Of a DNA stretch of 64,000 bases, positions 54,660 through 64,000 are shown piece after piece. The stretch's first letter is position 1. Every line of letters starts with the position of its first letter. The DNA lies in NCBI GenBank assembly GCA_045047085.1, contig JASFYT010000034.1, forward strand, positions 2,098-66,097, read 5' to 3'. This DNA is from Rhizobiaceae bacterium. Lineage in GTDB: Bacteria > Pseudomonadota > Alphaproteobacteria > Rhizobiales > Rhizobiaceae. The position numbers were made by a program, and so were the translations under genes. The notes beneath the pieces were generated by a model, which was given only the letters and a program-made list of their open reading frames with translations, ran no database searches and was not told where the DNA came from.

Positions 54660-56015
54660 TTACCCTTCCTTTTTGGCGAAATTGGCCAGCAGTCCAGAAT
54701 TTGCGGCAATATCCAAGAACGAAAATCGATCACGCATTTCGTGGTTATGGCGCACTGCTTCTTGATAAAATTCGACCGGAAGCCCGAGTTTTTCGCCCGT
54801 AGTTGGTGCTCCGGCCGCTTTGAGAAGCCGGGTCATTTCTTCAACGGGAATGATGAAGGGTTCTATTTCTTTTTTCAAAGTCGGCCAAAGTTTGGTAATT
54901 TTTGAATTAAAGGCTTCAGCACTCTTTTCAGTGAATGCCTTCTTCTTCAATTCAATCAGACATTCAGCAGCAATTTTTGGGCCCATACGACGAGACATAT
55001 CTTCAAGATCAAACTTGGTAGGTGAAACTTGGGGTGCCTCGTCAGCCGCCAGCATCTGCTGCTGTAAGCGAGCCATCGTAAGACATGCAACGCCAACTTG
55101 TTGACCATGCAGCGTGCCAGGATGGCGATCACCTGCAAAACAATCAATGTAATGCGATATTTGATGCTCGCCCATTGACCCATGGTGGGAGATGCCAGTA
55201 AAACTGATACCTAACCCGCAAAGAGTAAGAACCCTGTGTAGGCTTGCGATTGCGTCAATATTACCCTCAGGTAGCAAAGCGGCTTTTTTGTTCAGTTCGA
55301 TCTCATCTTCATCCTGAATGATATAGGGCGATGCCCAGTAATCCGTTCCTAAGAGGCGATGTGACATCCACCAATCAACCTGCGCAACCGAACGTGCCAT
55401 ACAATCGGCAAAGCCGGATGCGGTCAAGTACGTTGGGGCGTCTGCGGAAATAGTCAGGTCCACAAAGAAGCCCTTTGGAGCTTGCGCTGGAAGAGAGACC
55501 TTTAGACCGGATGCAAGTGTCATGCTTGCTGTCGACGATGTATAACCGTTCATCGATGCGGCAGTCGCAAATACACAATAGCCTCGCCCATCTAGATGGG
55601 TTGCATATTTGCAAAGGTCATTGATTGTCCCCGACCCTACTGCGACGATACCATCATTGCCTTTTAACTGCTGGCGTAATTTCTCTGCAGTTTCCAAATC
55701 TGCATGGGGGTGATCCAAAACAATAGTTTTGACCGAGCCAAGAACTTTTAGAGCCTTGGCCACCCGCTTACCCAATGCTTCAAAGGTGGCTGCATCTGAT
55801 ACGACGATAAAATTGGAACCGAGATTAAGCGACTGAACCAGCTCAGCTTCGCGACCTTCAAGCGATTCTTCAAATACAATCGCCTCATATGGTACGGACA
55901 TCCGTTTTTGTGTCTCGGGATTAAACCATGTTCCAGCGACAATATCATCGATTAAGTGTGTCCACTTGCCAGAATCTTGATCTCCGAATTCCTGCTTACT
56001 TGGATCAAATGACAT
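54660..56015 (-). CDS. iron-containing alcohol dehydrogenase / glycerol-1-phosphate-dehydrogenase-like protein
   Basis: AVGSGTINDLCKYA and HHGSMGEHQISH metal-site region. The ATG at 56015 is preceded by GAGGAG. Confidence 0.7.
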   Translation of the reverse strand: MSFDPSKQEFGDQDSGKWTHLIDDIVAGTWFNPETQKRMSVPYEAIVFEESLEGREAELVQSLNLGSNFIVVSDAATFEALGKRVAKALKVLGSVKTIVLDHPHADLETAEKLRQQLKGNDGIVAVGSGTINDLCKYATHLDGRGYCVFATAASMNGYTSSTASMTLASGLKVSLPAQAPKGFFVDLTISADAPTYLTASGFADCMARSVAQVDWWMSHRLLGTDYWASPYIIQDEDEIELNKKAALLPEGNIDAIASLHRVLTLCGLGISFTGISHHGSMGEHQISHYIDCFAGDRHPGTLHGQQVGVACLTMARLQQQMLAADEAPQVSPTKFDLEDMSRRMGPKIAAECLIELKKKAFTEKSAEAFNSKITKLWPTLKKEIEPFIIPVEEMTRLLKAAGAPTTGEKLGLPVEFYQEAVRHNHEMRDRFSFLDIAANSGLLANFAKKEG

Positions 56016-56158
56016 CCAACGCTCCTCATTGGTAGTTTTCAAATGTATGAAGATACTTTGCATATGTCAATATCATTTGTAGGGTAGCCATTGTCAAAAG
56101 TAAAAATCAGCACCAAACACCCTTGACCGAACTGGTTTCTGGCTCGATAAACGTAAAC

Positions 56159-57151
56159 ATGAAGAATACCATCAAGAAAAGTCGAACCGGCGCTGCAAAC
56201 AAGCCGCCGTTACCATTCGAGTTCCAAGATCAAGTTATGTGGGCAGCATGGCTATATTTTGTAGATGAATGGACGCAAAGCCAGATCGCCAAAAAAATAG
56301 GTATTTCCCGTGTAACGGTGATCAAACTGCTGAATGAAGCGAAAACGCGGGGGCTAGTTAGTATTCAGATAAGCCCAAAAGTTGCGGCGCACACGACGAC
56401 TTCCAGAAAACTTGCGGAGATATTCTCCCTAAATGCCGTGACAATCATCCCAGATCTTAAAGGTGAACCCCTAGTTCCCAGACTGGGCAAAGCTGGTGCC
56501 TTCGCACTAGCTGAAACATTGGAGAAAGACGATATTATTGGGATTGCATGGGGCCGGACAGTTCTCGCAGTTGCAGAAGCCATCTCTCTATCAGAACCAA
56601 TTGAAAACTTAACTGTTGCCCAAATAACGGGAAGTCCTAACGGGTTATCTGCGGATTTCTCACCCGAGTCATGCTCTTCCCTTCTCGCTAATAATCTGGG
56701 TGCTCGAAACGTCAAATTGCTGGCGCCGGCAATGGTTTCCAATCCCGAACTCAGGGATATGTTGTTAAAAGAAGCATCGATCAAGAAACAGTTCTCGGTT
56801 ATACGATCTGCAAACCGAATTCTGTTTGGGGTTGGTGATGTTGGAAGAGAATCCACCCTTAGGAACAGCGATCTACACACACAAAAAGCGGTGGACAAGC
56901 TTGTTACCAATGGTGCAATTGCCGCGATTATTGGACGTTTTATTGATGCCGATGGAAACGAACTTGCCTTGCCAAATCAAAATCGAATGATCGGTACCAA
57001 TCTTGATGAGATGCGCAAAATCCCACATCGACTTTGTGTTGCAGGTGGGCCGATTAAGGTGAAATCCATTATTGCGGCCTTGAAAGGCGGGTTTGCCACA
57101 GATCTTGTGATCGATCAGGCTACAGCTGAATATATTGTAAAGCTGTCGTAG
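56159..57151 (+). CDS. SorC/DeoR-type sugar-binding transcriptional regulator, copy 2
   Basis: HTH AAWLYFVDEWTQSQIAKKIGISRVTVIKLL, then IGIAWGRTV... sugar-binding domain. ATG at 56159. Confidence 0.8.
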   Translation: MKNTIKKSRTGAANKPPLPFEFQDQVMWAAWLYFVDEWTQSQIAKKIGISRVTVIKLLNEAKTRGLVSIQISPKVAAHTTTSRKLAEIFSLNAVTIIPDLKGEPLVPRLGKAGAFALAETLEKDDIIGIAWGRTVLAVAEAISLSEPIENLTVAQITGSPNGLSADFSPESCSSLLANNLGARNVKLLAPAMVSNPELRDMLLKEASIKKQFSVIRSANRILFGVGDVGRESTLRNSDLHTQKAVDKLVTNGAIAAIIGRFIDADGNELALPNQNRMIGTNLDEMRKIPHRLCVAGGPIKVKSIIAALKGGFATDLVIDQATAEYIVKLS

Positions 57152-57159
57152 GCTCATGA

Positions 57160-57631
57160 CCCGCTGATCTTGTCATTTTCAGCTTTTCAAATCTTGCATC
57201 AGATCGTCCCGGCGAACACTGCTAACGGCTCCGTCGCAAAGTTTGTCGGTCGTATCCTTGTCAGCTGAACTCTGCGATATGCTTTTCAAAAAAAGCTACA
57301 GGCAGGACTTCCAAATGACAGTTGATTTCAAAGGCAGCCAGATTGGTCCTGTTTAATGGTTTCAAAGAAGGTTTCCATGGCAGTGTAATCGTTACATTTA
57401 CCTTTGGCGGCTTCTTGCGCCAGTTATAAAAGGTTGCATCTGATATCCCCGCCTTGCGACAAACTTCTCCAACTGGTGTACTTTCATCAGCCTGACGCAA
57501 AATAAAGGCTATCTGCGCATCCGAAAACTTCAATCTCTTCATAGAATTCTCCTCATCCCTCAAGGGAATTATAAATGGAAAATTCCAGCTTTAAATGATA
57601 CGATTTATAGGGAGCACGTCACGGCTTACAA
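57160..57631 (-). mobile_element. internally deleted IS3-family remnant
   Basis: The OrfA N-terminus MKRLKFSDAQIAFILRQADESTPVGEVCRKAGISDATFYNWRKK (57542..57411) is joined directly to an OrfB C-terminal piece (..KGKCNDYTAMETFFETIK.., out of frame). The boundaries are approximate. Confidence 0.6.
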
Positions 57632-57671
57632 AGCGTTTACTATAGAAGGTGAACAGGGCATGCATTACAAC

Positions 57672-58910
57672 TCAGCTGCATAAATCCAGTAGTGCCCGCT
57701 CAAACTGCGGATAAGCTGCCCCGATTATTTCATCCTCGGTTCCCGCCCGCGCGACGGTCAGCACAACATGGCTATGGGCAAAAACGTGTGATTGGGAAGG
57801 TAGCAGCAGCCTGAATTCTGCACTTAGCTGCTCAAAGATTTTGCTGTGTTGAACAAATGGCCCGGTTAATACAATCTGGTGGGGTGACAGAATCATGGTA
57901 AGATTACGCATGGCAACCGCCATCAGGTGCACGGCATTATCCAGAATGGAGATATCAAATTTTTCATTGTTTTTTAGAAAACTCTCAAAACTCCATTCAT
58001 CCGTAGGTATCTCGGGATAGATTTTGCGCAGTTCCGGCAACAGCGCCCAAAGGGCTGCCTGAGTTTCAAGGCAATTTTTCAAACCGCATCTGCATTGCGT
58101 CTCGTGTTTGCAATGGGTGTAGGTGTGCCCAATTTCACCAACTCCCCCATTGCCGCTGATTAATGACGTCTTCCCCAAAGAATAGGTAGCGCCAATGCCG
58201 TGCCCCCAATGGATGAATAAAATATTGGTGGTGGATTTTTCTCCCCGGCGGGCAATACGAGCCTGGACTTCACAGTTTAGGTTTTTATTCACAGTCACAT
58301 TTAGGTTCAACGCATCACCTATTTGCGAAAAATCCATATTGCGAATTTGAGGCCATCTGGATGTAGCAAAAACCCATGAATTATTAGCCTCATCAACAAT
58401 ACCGGGCACAGAAAATGAGATACCTACAATGTTCGTATTTACAGGTGCTCTGGCGCGAAGGTTTTCGGCCATGCCAATAATCAGGTCTTTTAAATCATCA
58501 TTTTCGATCTGATCCGCATGAACTTCCTTTGATTCATTGCACAATTCATTACCGCCAAAATCCAGTAGCGTAGCGTGGATAGACTGGGAGACCACATAAA
58601 AAACGATCACGCCCAGGCTCGACATGACGGGGCGAAGGATTATCTCAGGCCTTCCTTTTTGGTAGGGCGTTGTCGGCCGTCCCTCCTGAACCAGCCCGTG
58701 CTCAATTAATTGCAACACAAGGTCAGAAACAGTGCCGGGGCGAATGTTAAAGTCCTTTGCCAACTCTTTGCGGGTAACTTTTTTCGGCTTGCAGATTTCC
58801 ATAAAAATCCGCCCCTTACGCCCTTTCACAGCATGTTGCTCACTGGCTTCGAATTGCCTGGAGTACGAGCCAAGCATAGGGATTGAAGGTAGGTCTTGAA
58901 CTTCAGGCAT
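57672..58910 (-). CDS. ROK-family transcriptional regulator
   Basis: N-terminal wHTH (VTRKELAKDFNIRPGTVSDLVLQLIEHGLV) and a ROK domain with the Zn motif HTYTHCKHETQCRCGLKNCLE. The start is uncertain (58910 or 58877). Confidence 0.8.
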   Translation of the reverse strand: MPEVQDLPSIPMLGSYSRQFEASEQHAVKGRKGRIFMEICKPKKVTRKELAKDFNIRPGTVSDLVLQLIEHGLVQEGRPTTPYQKGRPEIILRPVMSSLGVIVFYVVSQSIHATLLDFGGNELCNESKEVHADQIENDDLKDLIIGMAENLRARAPVNTNIVGISFSVPGIVDEANNSWVFATSRWPQIRNMDFSQIGDALNLNVTVNKNLNCEVQARIARRGEKSTTNILFIHWGHGIGATYSLGKTSLISGNGGVGEIGHTYTHCKHETQCRCGLKNCLETQAALWALLPELRKIYPEIPTDEWSFESFLKNNEKFDISILDNAVHLMAVAMRNLTMILSPHQIVLTGPFVQHSKIFEQLSAEFRLLLPSQSHVFAHSHVVLTVARAGTEDEIIGAAYPQFERALLDLCS

Positions 58911-59409
58911 GACAAATATCTTCAATTCTGTATTTTACTGCGCCCACCAGCAGGCCCGTGATTTTTTGCATAAGACATATATATCGGCAGTAGGTGTTAT
59001 TAAATACATTATATTTCATGTCTGCCAATCTGCCACGGCAGACATGGTTTTACCAGACATCAAGAGCACTTCTCTGTAACTGGATATTTCACGCTTCGGA
59101 GACGGTGCGGCAAATTTGGCAACCGGGGCGAAGCCGGTTAATAATATTTGGCACGCTCATAATGAGCCCGCAATTTGACTGATCACACGTGATATTATTG
59201 CGTCTGGATGAAAAGTGCGGCCAGCAACAAACCTGCGAAGAGGCGTGCAAGTAAAAGAAACCATCATTGGTTACTGAGTAATAAGAAGTTCAATTAAGCC
59301 GTTTGGCTCTGAAGCCTCATTGGTTTGTTTTAAAGTATGACGGGCTCTAAGTCTTTTTTACGCCACTTCATATTATCCGATAACGGGCGCCCACTTATCG
59401 GGGCACGCG

Positions 59410-60693
59410 TTAATATCCAAGCAAATGCGGCAAAAACAATGAAACCTCGGGAATATAGGTTGTAAGAAGCAGCGCAAACAAAATTGCCAGATAAAATGGC
59501 CAGATAGTACCGATAACCTCTTCAATGCGTACCTTGGCTATAGAGCAGCCCACAAATAGGCAACCGCCCACCGGAGGTGTTGTTAGTCCAAGCCCTAAAT
59601 TCATCATCAACAACATGCCAAATTGTATAGGATCCATACCCAGAGCCGTAGCGACCGGCAGGAAAATAGGGGTGCATATGAGGATAAGCGCGCCCATATC
59701 CATGAACATGCCAAGGATCAATAGGGATATGTTAATGAGCAATAAGAGCACATATTTGTTTTCTGAAAGAGTTTGCAAGCCAGTCAGAATTACTGAGGGC
59801 ACATGGTATAGCGCTATGAAATAGCTAAACGCCTGTGCTGTTCCAACCAAAATCATGACCATTGCAGTTGTGCGTATTGCCTGGGTTACGCTTGTCCAGA
59901 AATCTTCCAGAGACAGGGATTTGTAGAAAAAAACCACGACTAACAATGCATAAATCACGCCAATCGCAGCGGATTCTGTTACTGTGAAAATGCCTGAAAC
60001 AACCCCGCCAATAATGACCACTGCGGTAAGGAAACCAGGTAGAGCAACTGCTGCTGCAACGAGTACGGCGCGCCAGCCGGGGAATTTGCCCACTGGATAG
60101 TTGCGTTTTACCGCCACCATGTAAGCTGCAAAGGCCAGGCACAGGCATAATAAAACACCAGGAACTACGCCAGCAATGAACAGGGACGTAATTGAAATAC
60201 CTCCCCCTGCGGCCAGTGCATAAAGGATCATATTATGGGAAGGGGGAATGAGTACCCCGGCAATAGAGGAGGTCACCGTAACATTGACAGAATAGTCATC
60301 GTCATAACCGCGTTCCCGCATCATGGGGATTAAAACGGAACCAAGCGCCGATGTGTCGGCCACAGCTGAGCCGGAAATCCCGCCAAACAGCATTGATGTA
60401 AGTACATTTACCACGCCAAGGCCACCGCGCACCTGGCCAACTACTGTTTCAGCAAACCGCACCAGGCGCAGGGCGATACCGCCGCGCATCATAATTTCCC
60501 CGGCAAAAATGAAAAATGGTATAGCCAAAAGAGAATAAATATTTACTCCGGCAACGATGCGTTGAAAAACAATCAGCGTGGGAATTCCCTCATACAAGGC
60601 CGTGGCCAGAGCCGCGATACCCAATGAAAAGGCAATGGGAATGCCAATAAGAGTGGTTGCAAAAAAAACACCAAGGAGGAGTATCAAACCCAT
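59410..60693 (-). CDS. dctM: TRAP transporter large permease
   Basis: 427 aa, highly hydrophobic, following a DctQ-like gene. Confidence 0.85.
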   Translation of the reverse strand: MGLILLLGVFFATTLIGIPIAFSLGIAALATALYEGIPTLIVFQRIVAGVNIYSLLAIPFFIFAGEIMMRGGIALRLVRFAETVVGQVRGGLGVVNVLTSMLFGGISGSAVADTSALGSVLIPMMRERGYDDDYSVNVTVTSSIAGVLIPPSHNMILYALAAGGGISITSLFIAGVVPGVLLCLCLAFAAYMVAVKRNYPVGKFPGWRAVLVAAAVALPGFLTAVVIIGGVVSGIFTVTESAAIGVIYALLVVVFFYKSLSLEDFWTSVTQAIRTTAMVMILVGTAQAFSYFIALYHVPSVILTGLQTLSENKYVLLLLINISLLILGMFMDMGALILICTPIFLPVATALGMDPIQFGMLLMMNLGLGLTTPPVGGCLFVGCSIAKVRIEEVIGTIWPFYLAILFALLLTTYIPEVSLFLPHLLGY

Positions 60694-60697
60694 AAGT

Positions 60698-61186
60698 CTA
60701 GCCTTTATTTACTGTTTTAGTGAGGGACTGGACCGCGAACCATATCCGTTCAATCATAAAGACAACAATCAGTATGCCGGTAAGAATTAACGGTAAATAT
60801 TGCACGCCCTGCGGTATGCCTATGAGTGGAATTGCCCGCCCCCAGGTGCCTATAACAAGAGGCCACGTTCCAAATACCATCGCGATTCCGAAAATACCAA
60901 GAATAAGCGCATTGATAATTTCGACCCATTTCTGGGCTTGTAAAGGCATTGCTTCAACAACGAACACTATACCAAGATGAAATTTCTCACGTAATCCCAC
61001 TGCCGACATGGGCAGCGCGACGATCAGAATAAGGAGCAGAGCTGCTTTTTCGGTCCATGTCGGTGTATCATTCATCACATAACGTCCCCAGACCTGATAT
61101 CCGGTAAAAACCACAAGTAACAGCAATGAAATAGAACTGATGAATACGACCCACCAGGACAGGTGATCTAATATTTTCCAGTGCAT
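60698..61186 (-). CDS. dctQ: TRAP transporter small permease
   Basis: About 160 aa with four TM segments. The ATG at 61186 is preceded by AAGGAGG. Confidence 0.8.
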   Translation of the reverse strand: MHWKILDHLSWWVVFISSISLLLLVVFTGYQVWGRYVMNDTPTWTEKAALLLILIVALPMSAVGLREKFHLGIVFVVEAMPLQAQKWVEIINALILGIFGIAMVFGTWPLVIGTWGRAIPLIGIPQGVQYLPLILTGILIVVFMIERIWFAVQSLTKTVNKG

Positions 61187-61369
61187 ACCAGTATCCTCCT
61201 TCAAACCACTAGACTGCTTTTTTACGCGTGTTATTCATCCGATAATCAGAAGTTGACGGTCTACCGCCGACAATTGTTTGTCGGTGACACGCCCTAAAGT
61301 CAGATATTATTCCACCGCCCCGTAAAAAGTGAACAGGGCGGCGGGTTTGCTCATAGTATTGATAAGGAT

Positions 61370-62341
61370 TTAATCCAGTTCCTGGATCCGTTTGAGCAAT
61401 GCAGCAACGACCGGATCAGAAGCGAAACGTTTATATACAGGTCCCATAGCATCACTGAAAGCAGACTTGTCATCAAGTTCTACAATGACCGAGCCGGCTG
61501 CTTCAACGATTTTGCGGGATTTTTCTTCGCGTGCAGCCCACAGTTCACGTTGATAAAGAGCTGATTCATATGCAGCTTCACGAATAATTACTTGATCTTC
61601 TGGGCTAAATTTATCCCAGGTGGATTTAGCAAATATAATGCCTTCAGGTACAATTGTGTGCTCATCAATGATGTAATACGGTGCCACTTCATAGTGGCTG
61701 GTGGATTCATATGATGGCCAGTTGTTTTCCGCACCATCAACCACCCCGGACTGGATCGAAGTGAACACCTCTCCGAATGGAAGAGGTGTTGCATTGGCTC
61801 CAAGAGCTTCAACCATTGCAACATTAATGTCGCTGTTTTGAACGCGGAATTTCAAACCGGCGATATCTTTAACAGAGTTTAGTGGAGCACTGGCATAAAA
61901 AGAACGTGATCCACTGGCGTACCATGCGAGTGGAACCATGTTTGCCTTAGCCATGGCCGCAGCAATGTCTTCGCCTATTTTCCCTTCCATTACACGGAAT
62001 TGGTGCTCGGGAGATTTGAAGACGTAAGGCAAGGAGGCAACACCAAGCTCAATCACAGTATTTACCATGGGGGCCGTTGAGAATACGCCGTAATCAAGGG
62101 CACCAAACTGCAATTGTTCTGTAGCAAATTCGCCTTCACCCAATTGGGCAGAGTGATAGTTGGTCAAGGTGATGCGACCATCTGTGCGTTCGCTCACAAG
62201 TTTAGAAAATTTATCCAGTGCAATGGATACCGGGTAGTCCGGGACATGGGTATTCCAGCCACGAAATTCCTGGGCGAGCGATGTTGAGGCCAGCCCCGTC
62301 ATAAGTGATGCTACTAATGTAGCTTTCATAAAAATATTCAT
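61370..62341 (-). CDS. dctP: TRAP transporter periplasmic solute-binding protein
   Basis: 323 aa with the signal peptide MKATLVASLMTGLASTSLAQE and a DctP-like body (LKFRVQNSD...). Confidence 0.85.
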   Translation of the reverse strand: MNIFMKATLVASLMTGLASTSLAQEFRGWNTHVPDYPVSIALDKFSKLVSERTDGRITLTNYHSAQLGEGEFATEQLQFGALDYGVFSTAPMVNTVIELGVASLPYVFKSPEHQFRVMEGKIGEDIAAAMAKANMVPLAWYASGSRSFYASAPLNSVKDIAGLKFRVQNSDINVAMVEALGANATPLPFGEVFTSIQSGVVDGAENNWPSYESTSHYEVAPYYIIDEHTIVPEGIIFAKSTWDKFSPEDQVIIREAAYESALYQRELWAAREEKSRKIVEAAGSVIVELDDKSAFSDAMGPVYKRFASDPVVAALLKRIQELD

Positions 62342-62439
62342 ATTTATATTCCTCCAAGTGTTATCCGGTATAAATCCGGTTCAATTAGCGGTGGGGTTGC
62401 AAGGAAATATTGCCGCTCCACCGATTCACATGCCACAAT

Positions 62440-63489
62440 TTACGCAGCAATCTCCTCGATCAGGACACCTCGCCCCTCTCTGGACGAAAGTGCTATGGCA
62501 TCTATAAGGTTGTGAACTGCCATTGCCTCCCGACCCGTAATTTCCGGGTTTTTTCCGCGGGATATGGCGTCGGCAAAGTTTAGCATTACCGTCCGGTGTA
62601 AATCACACGAAAAAGCCATTGGGTCAGCGCCTGAGCCTGTCGTTAATTCCTCGCCTGTCGTCTCACGTTCACCGTTTTGCCAATTAACTTGCAAAGTTCC
62701 TGATACGATGCGCAAAGAGGCCCGTTCGCAATGAATTTCAATACTTTCAGCCGCCCCGGGATAAGCCGCGGTTGTTGCGGTAAAGCTGCCTATCGCACTA
62801 TTCTTGAATTCCAGCCCAGCGGTTACCAGATCTTCGCTTTCCATCTTATGGAATAGTGATGTACGCGCAAAACCGTGAACACTGTGAACATCACCCACAA
62901 GCCATAATGCCAAATCAAATGTATGGATTGCCTGAGAAATCATGACACCACCACCATCGCGTGCATAACTGCCACGACCTTGGACATCATAATAGGATTG
63001 TGGGCGCCACCAAGGCACCTCAATACGTACAAACGAAACTGCACCGAACTCTCTGGAACGTAAACGTGAGTGTACTGACCTGACAATCGGGTGTGTGCGC
63101 TGTTGCAGCATAACCCCTAAAGGAACATCTCGTGCTTCACATAGTTCTACAATTTTACGCGCTTCAACAGAGTTTCGTTCCAGTGGTTTTTCCGTTAAAA
63201 TTGGCTTGCCAGCAGCACTTAATATTTCAATTATTTCCAGGCGGGCATTGGGTGGCGTCGCAAGAACAACCATATCAACATCGGCGTCATTTGCTATTTC
63301 CTCAATCGAAGAATAACAGCGCACTGTTGCGCCGGTTTTTGATTTCAATTTTGTTGCAAATGATGCGCGGGCGTTTGCGTTTCGGCTATATATACCCCAA
63401 AGGCTCAATTTCCCGTTGGATGAAGCAATAGCATTGATATAAGTATCGGACACCATCCCCAGGCCAATTAAAACGACATACATAAACAT
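62440..63489 (-). CDS. Gfo/Idh/MocA-family oxidoreductase
   Basis: N-terminal Rossmann VVLIGLGMVSDTY, ATPPNARLEI, and the EKPL motif (LTEKPLE). Confidence 0.8.
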   Translation of the reverse strand: MFMYVVLIGLGMVSDTYINAIASSNGKLSLWGIYSRNANARASFATKLKSKTGATVRCYSSIEEIANDADVDMVVLATPPNARLEIIEILSAAGKPILTEKPLERNSVEARKIVELCEARDVPLGVMLQQRTHPIVRSVHSRLRSREFGAVSFVRIEVPWWRPQSYYDVQGRGSYARDGGGVMISQAIHTFDLALWLVGDVHSVHGFARTSLFHKMESEDLVTAGLEFKNSAIGSFTATTAAYPGAAESIEIHCERASLRIVSGTLQVNWQNGERETTGEELTTGSGADPMAFSCDLHRTVMLNFADAISRGKNPEITGREAMAVHNLIDAIALSSREGRGVLIEEIAA

Positions 63490-63707
63490 TTGTTCCCGTT
63501 AGTTTTTACCGACACGAATTAAATCGGCTCTGATCATTAAAAGGGAACCCACCAAGCTCCCAATCCTTGCCGATGTATTAATTACACATTAAAAACATTC
63601 AGTGTCAATAAAATCAACAAATGTAAATAAAAAGAATTGGCGGCACGGGTTTTTTGTGCTTGTTTTGTCGAAGATATTATTTTTGTGATAAGAAAAATAC
63701 GAGAAGA

Positions 63708-64000
63708 ATGATGAGCCTACTGGATAAAAATCGTTTATTCCCCCTTGAACCGGGGGCAAGGGCAATTGCCCAAAACCTACATAAAACCGTCGAAAACCTA
63801 CCCATCATCAGTCCGCACGGGCACACTAACCCGCGCTGGTATGCCCAAAATGAAGCGTTTACCGATCCCGCTCAGCTTTTTGTGACCCCGGATCATTATG
63901 TTTTTCGTATGATGTACTCCCAGGGAGTATCTTTAACTTCACTGGGGGTGCCTCGGCTGGACGGGGGATGGACGGAAACCGATGGACGTAAGATCTGGCG
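63708..64000 (+). CDS. uxaC: glucuronate (uronate) isomerase, N-terminal part (runs off the window end)
   Basis: MMSLLDKNRLFPLEPGARAIAQNLHKTVENLPIISPHGHTNPRWYAQNEAF..PDHYVFRMMYSQGV resembles the alphaproteobacterial UxaC N-terminus as I remember it. Confidence 0.6.
   Translation, partial: MMSLLDKNRLFPLEPGARAIAQNLHKTVENLPIISPHGHTNPRWYAQNEAFTDPAQLFVTPDHYVFRMMYSQGVSLTSLGVPRLDGGWTETDGRKIW

Noticed and set aside
57261-57563. The 100-aa ORF treated as an intact small transposase or HTH protein.
   Set aside because: Only the first ~44 codons after the internal ATG match an IS3 OrfA. The rest is out-of-frame OrfB-derived sequence, so it is a remnant rather than a gene.
1-64000. CRISPR arrays, rRNA, intact tRNAs, prophage structural genes, and defence systems.
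   Set aside because: I saw no regularly spaced direct repeats, rRNA-like sequence, complete cloverleaf, or defence or phage signature proteins while reading the ORF set and the intergenic regions.

Overview
This looks like a mosaic accessory region of a Gram-negative bacterium, probably an alphaproteobacterium. The pointers are periplasmic solute-binding proteins with twin-arginine signals, a TRAP transporter, and rhizobial-style polyol loci. All family calls come from motif recognition by eye; no database search was run.

There are three blocks.

(1) About 1.2-20.5 kb. This block starts at a 62-nt tRNA-Ser(GCU) 3' fragment, and the 13-nt tRNA 3' terminus recurs at 20452. It carries a complete bacterial microcompartment (BMC) operon: two tandem-domain shell proteins (BMC-T), one hexamer protein (BMC-H), one pentamer protein (BMC-P), a protein of unknown function, an acylating aldehyde dehydrogenase, and a class-III aminotransferase-fold enzyme. 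A divergent APH-type kinase sits next to it. This gene content matches the Rhodococcus/Mycobacterium (RMM, amino-alcohol/aminoacetone) metabolosome class. Beside it lie an AraC regulator, an SDR, a PotABCD-like ABC importer, a B12-type diol dehydratase whose large and medium subunits are fused, and an NAD-dependent aldehyde dehydrogenase. I consider this the most interesting system in the window.

(2) About 20.7-57.6 kb. Decayed IS3-family elements lie at both ends. The block holds two erythritol/tetritol-like polyol catabolic loci: ABC importers, three FGGY kinases, two GlpD/EryB-like dehydrogenases, EryC/EryH/EryI-like isomerases, and two SorC regulators. The shared eryC-tpiA module has decayed reciprocally between the two loci. 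Between the loci is a Fe-ADH / dihydroxyacetone-kinase / Rpe-like / LsrF-like / GlpD-like module.

(3) About 57.7-64 kb. A ROK regulator, a TRAP transporter, a Gfo/Idh/MocA oxidoreductase, and the start of uxaC.

No CRISPR array, rRNA, or intact tRNA was seen.
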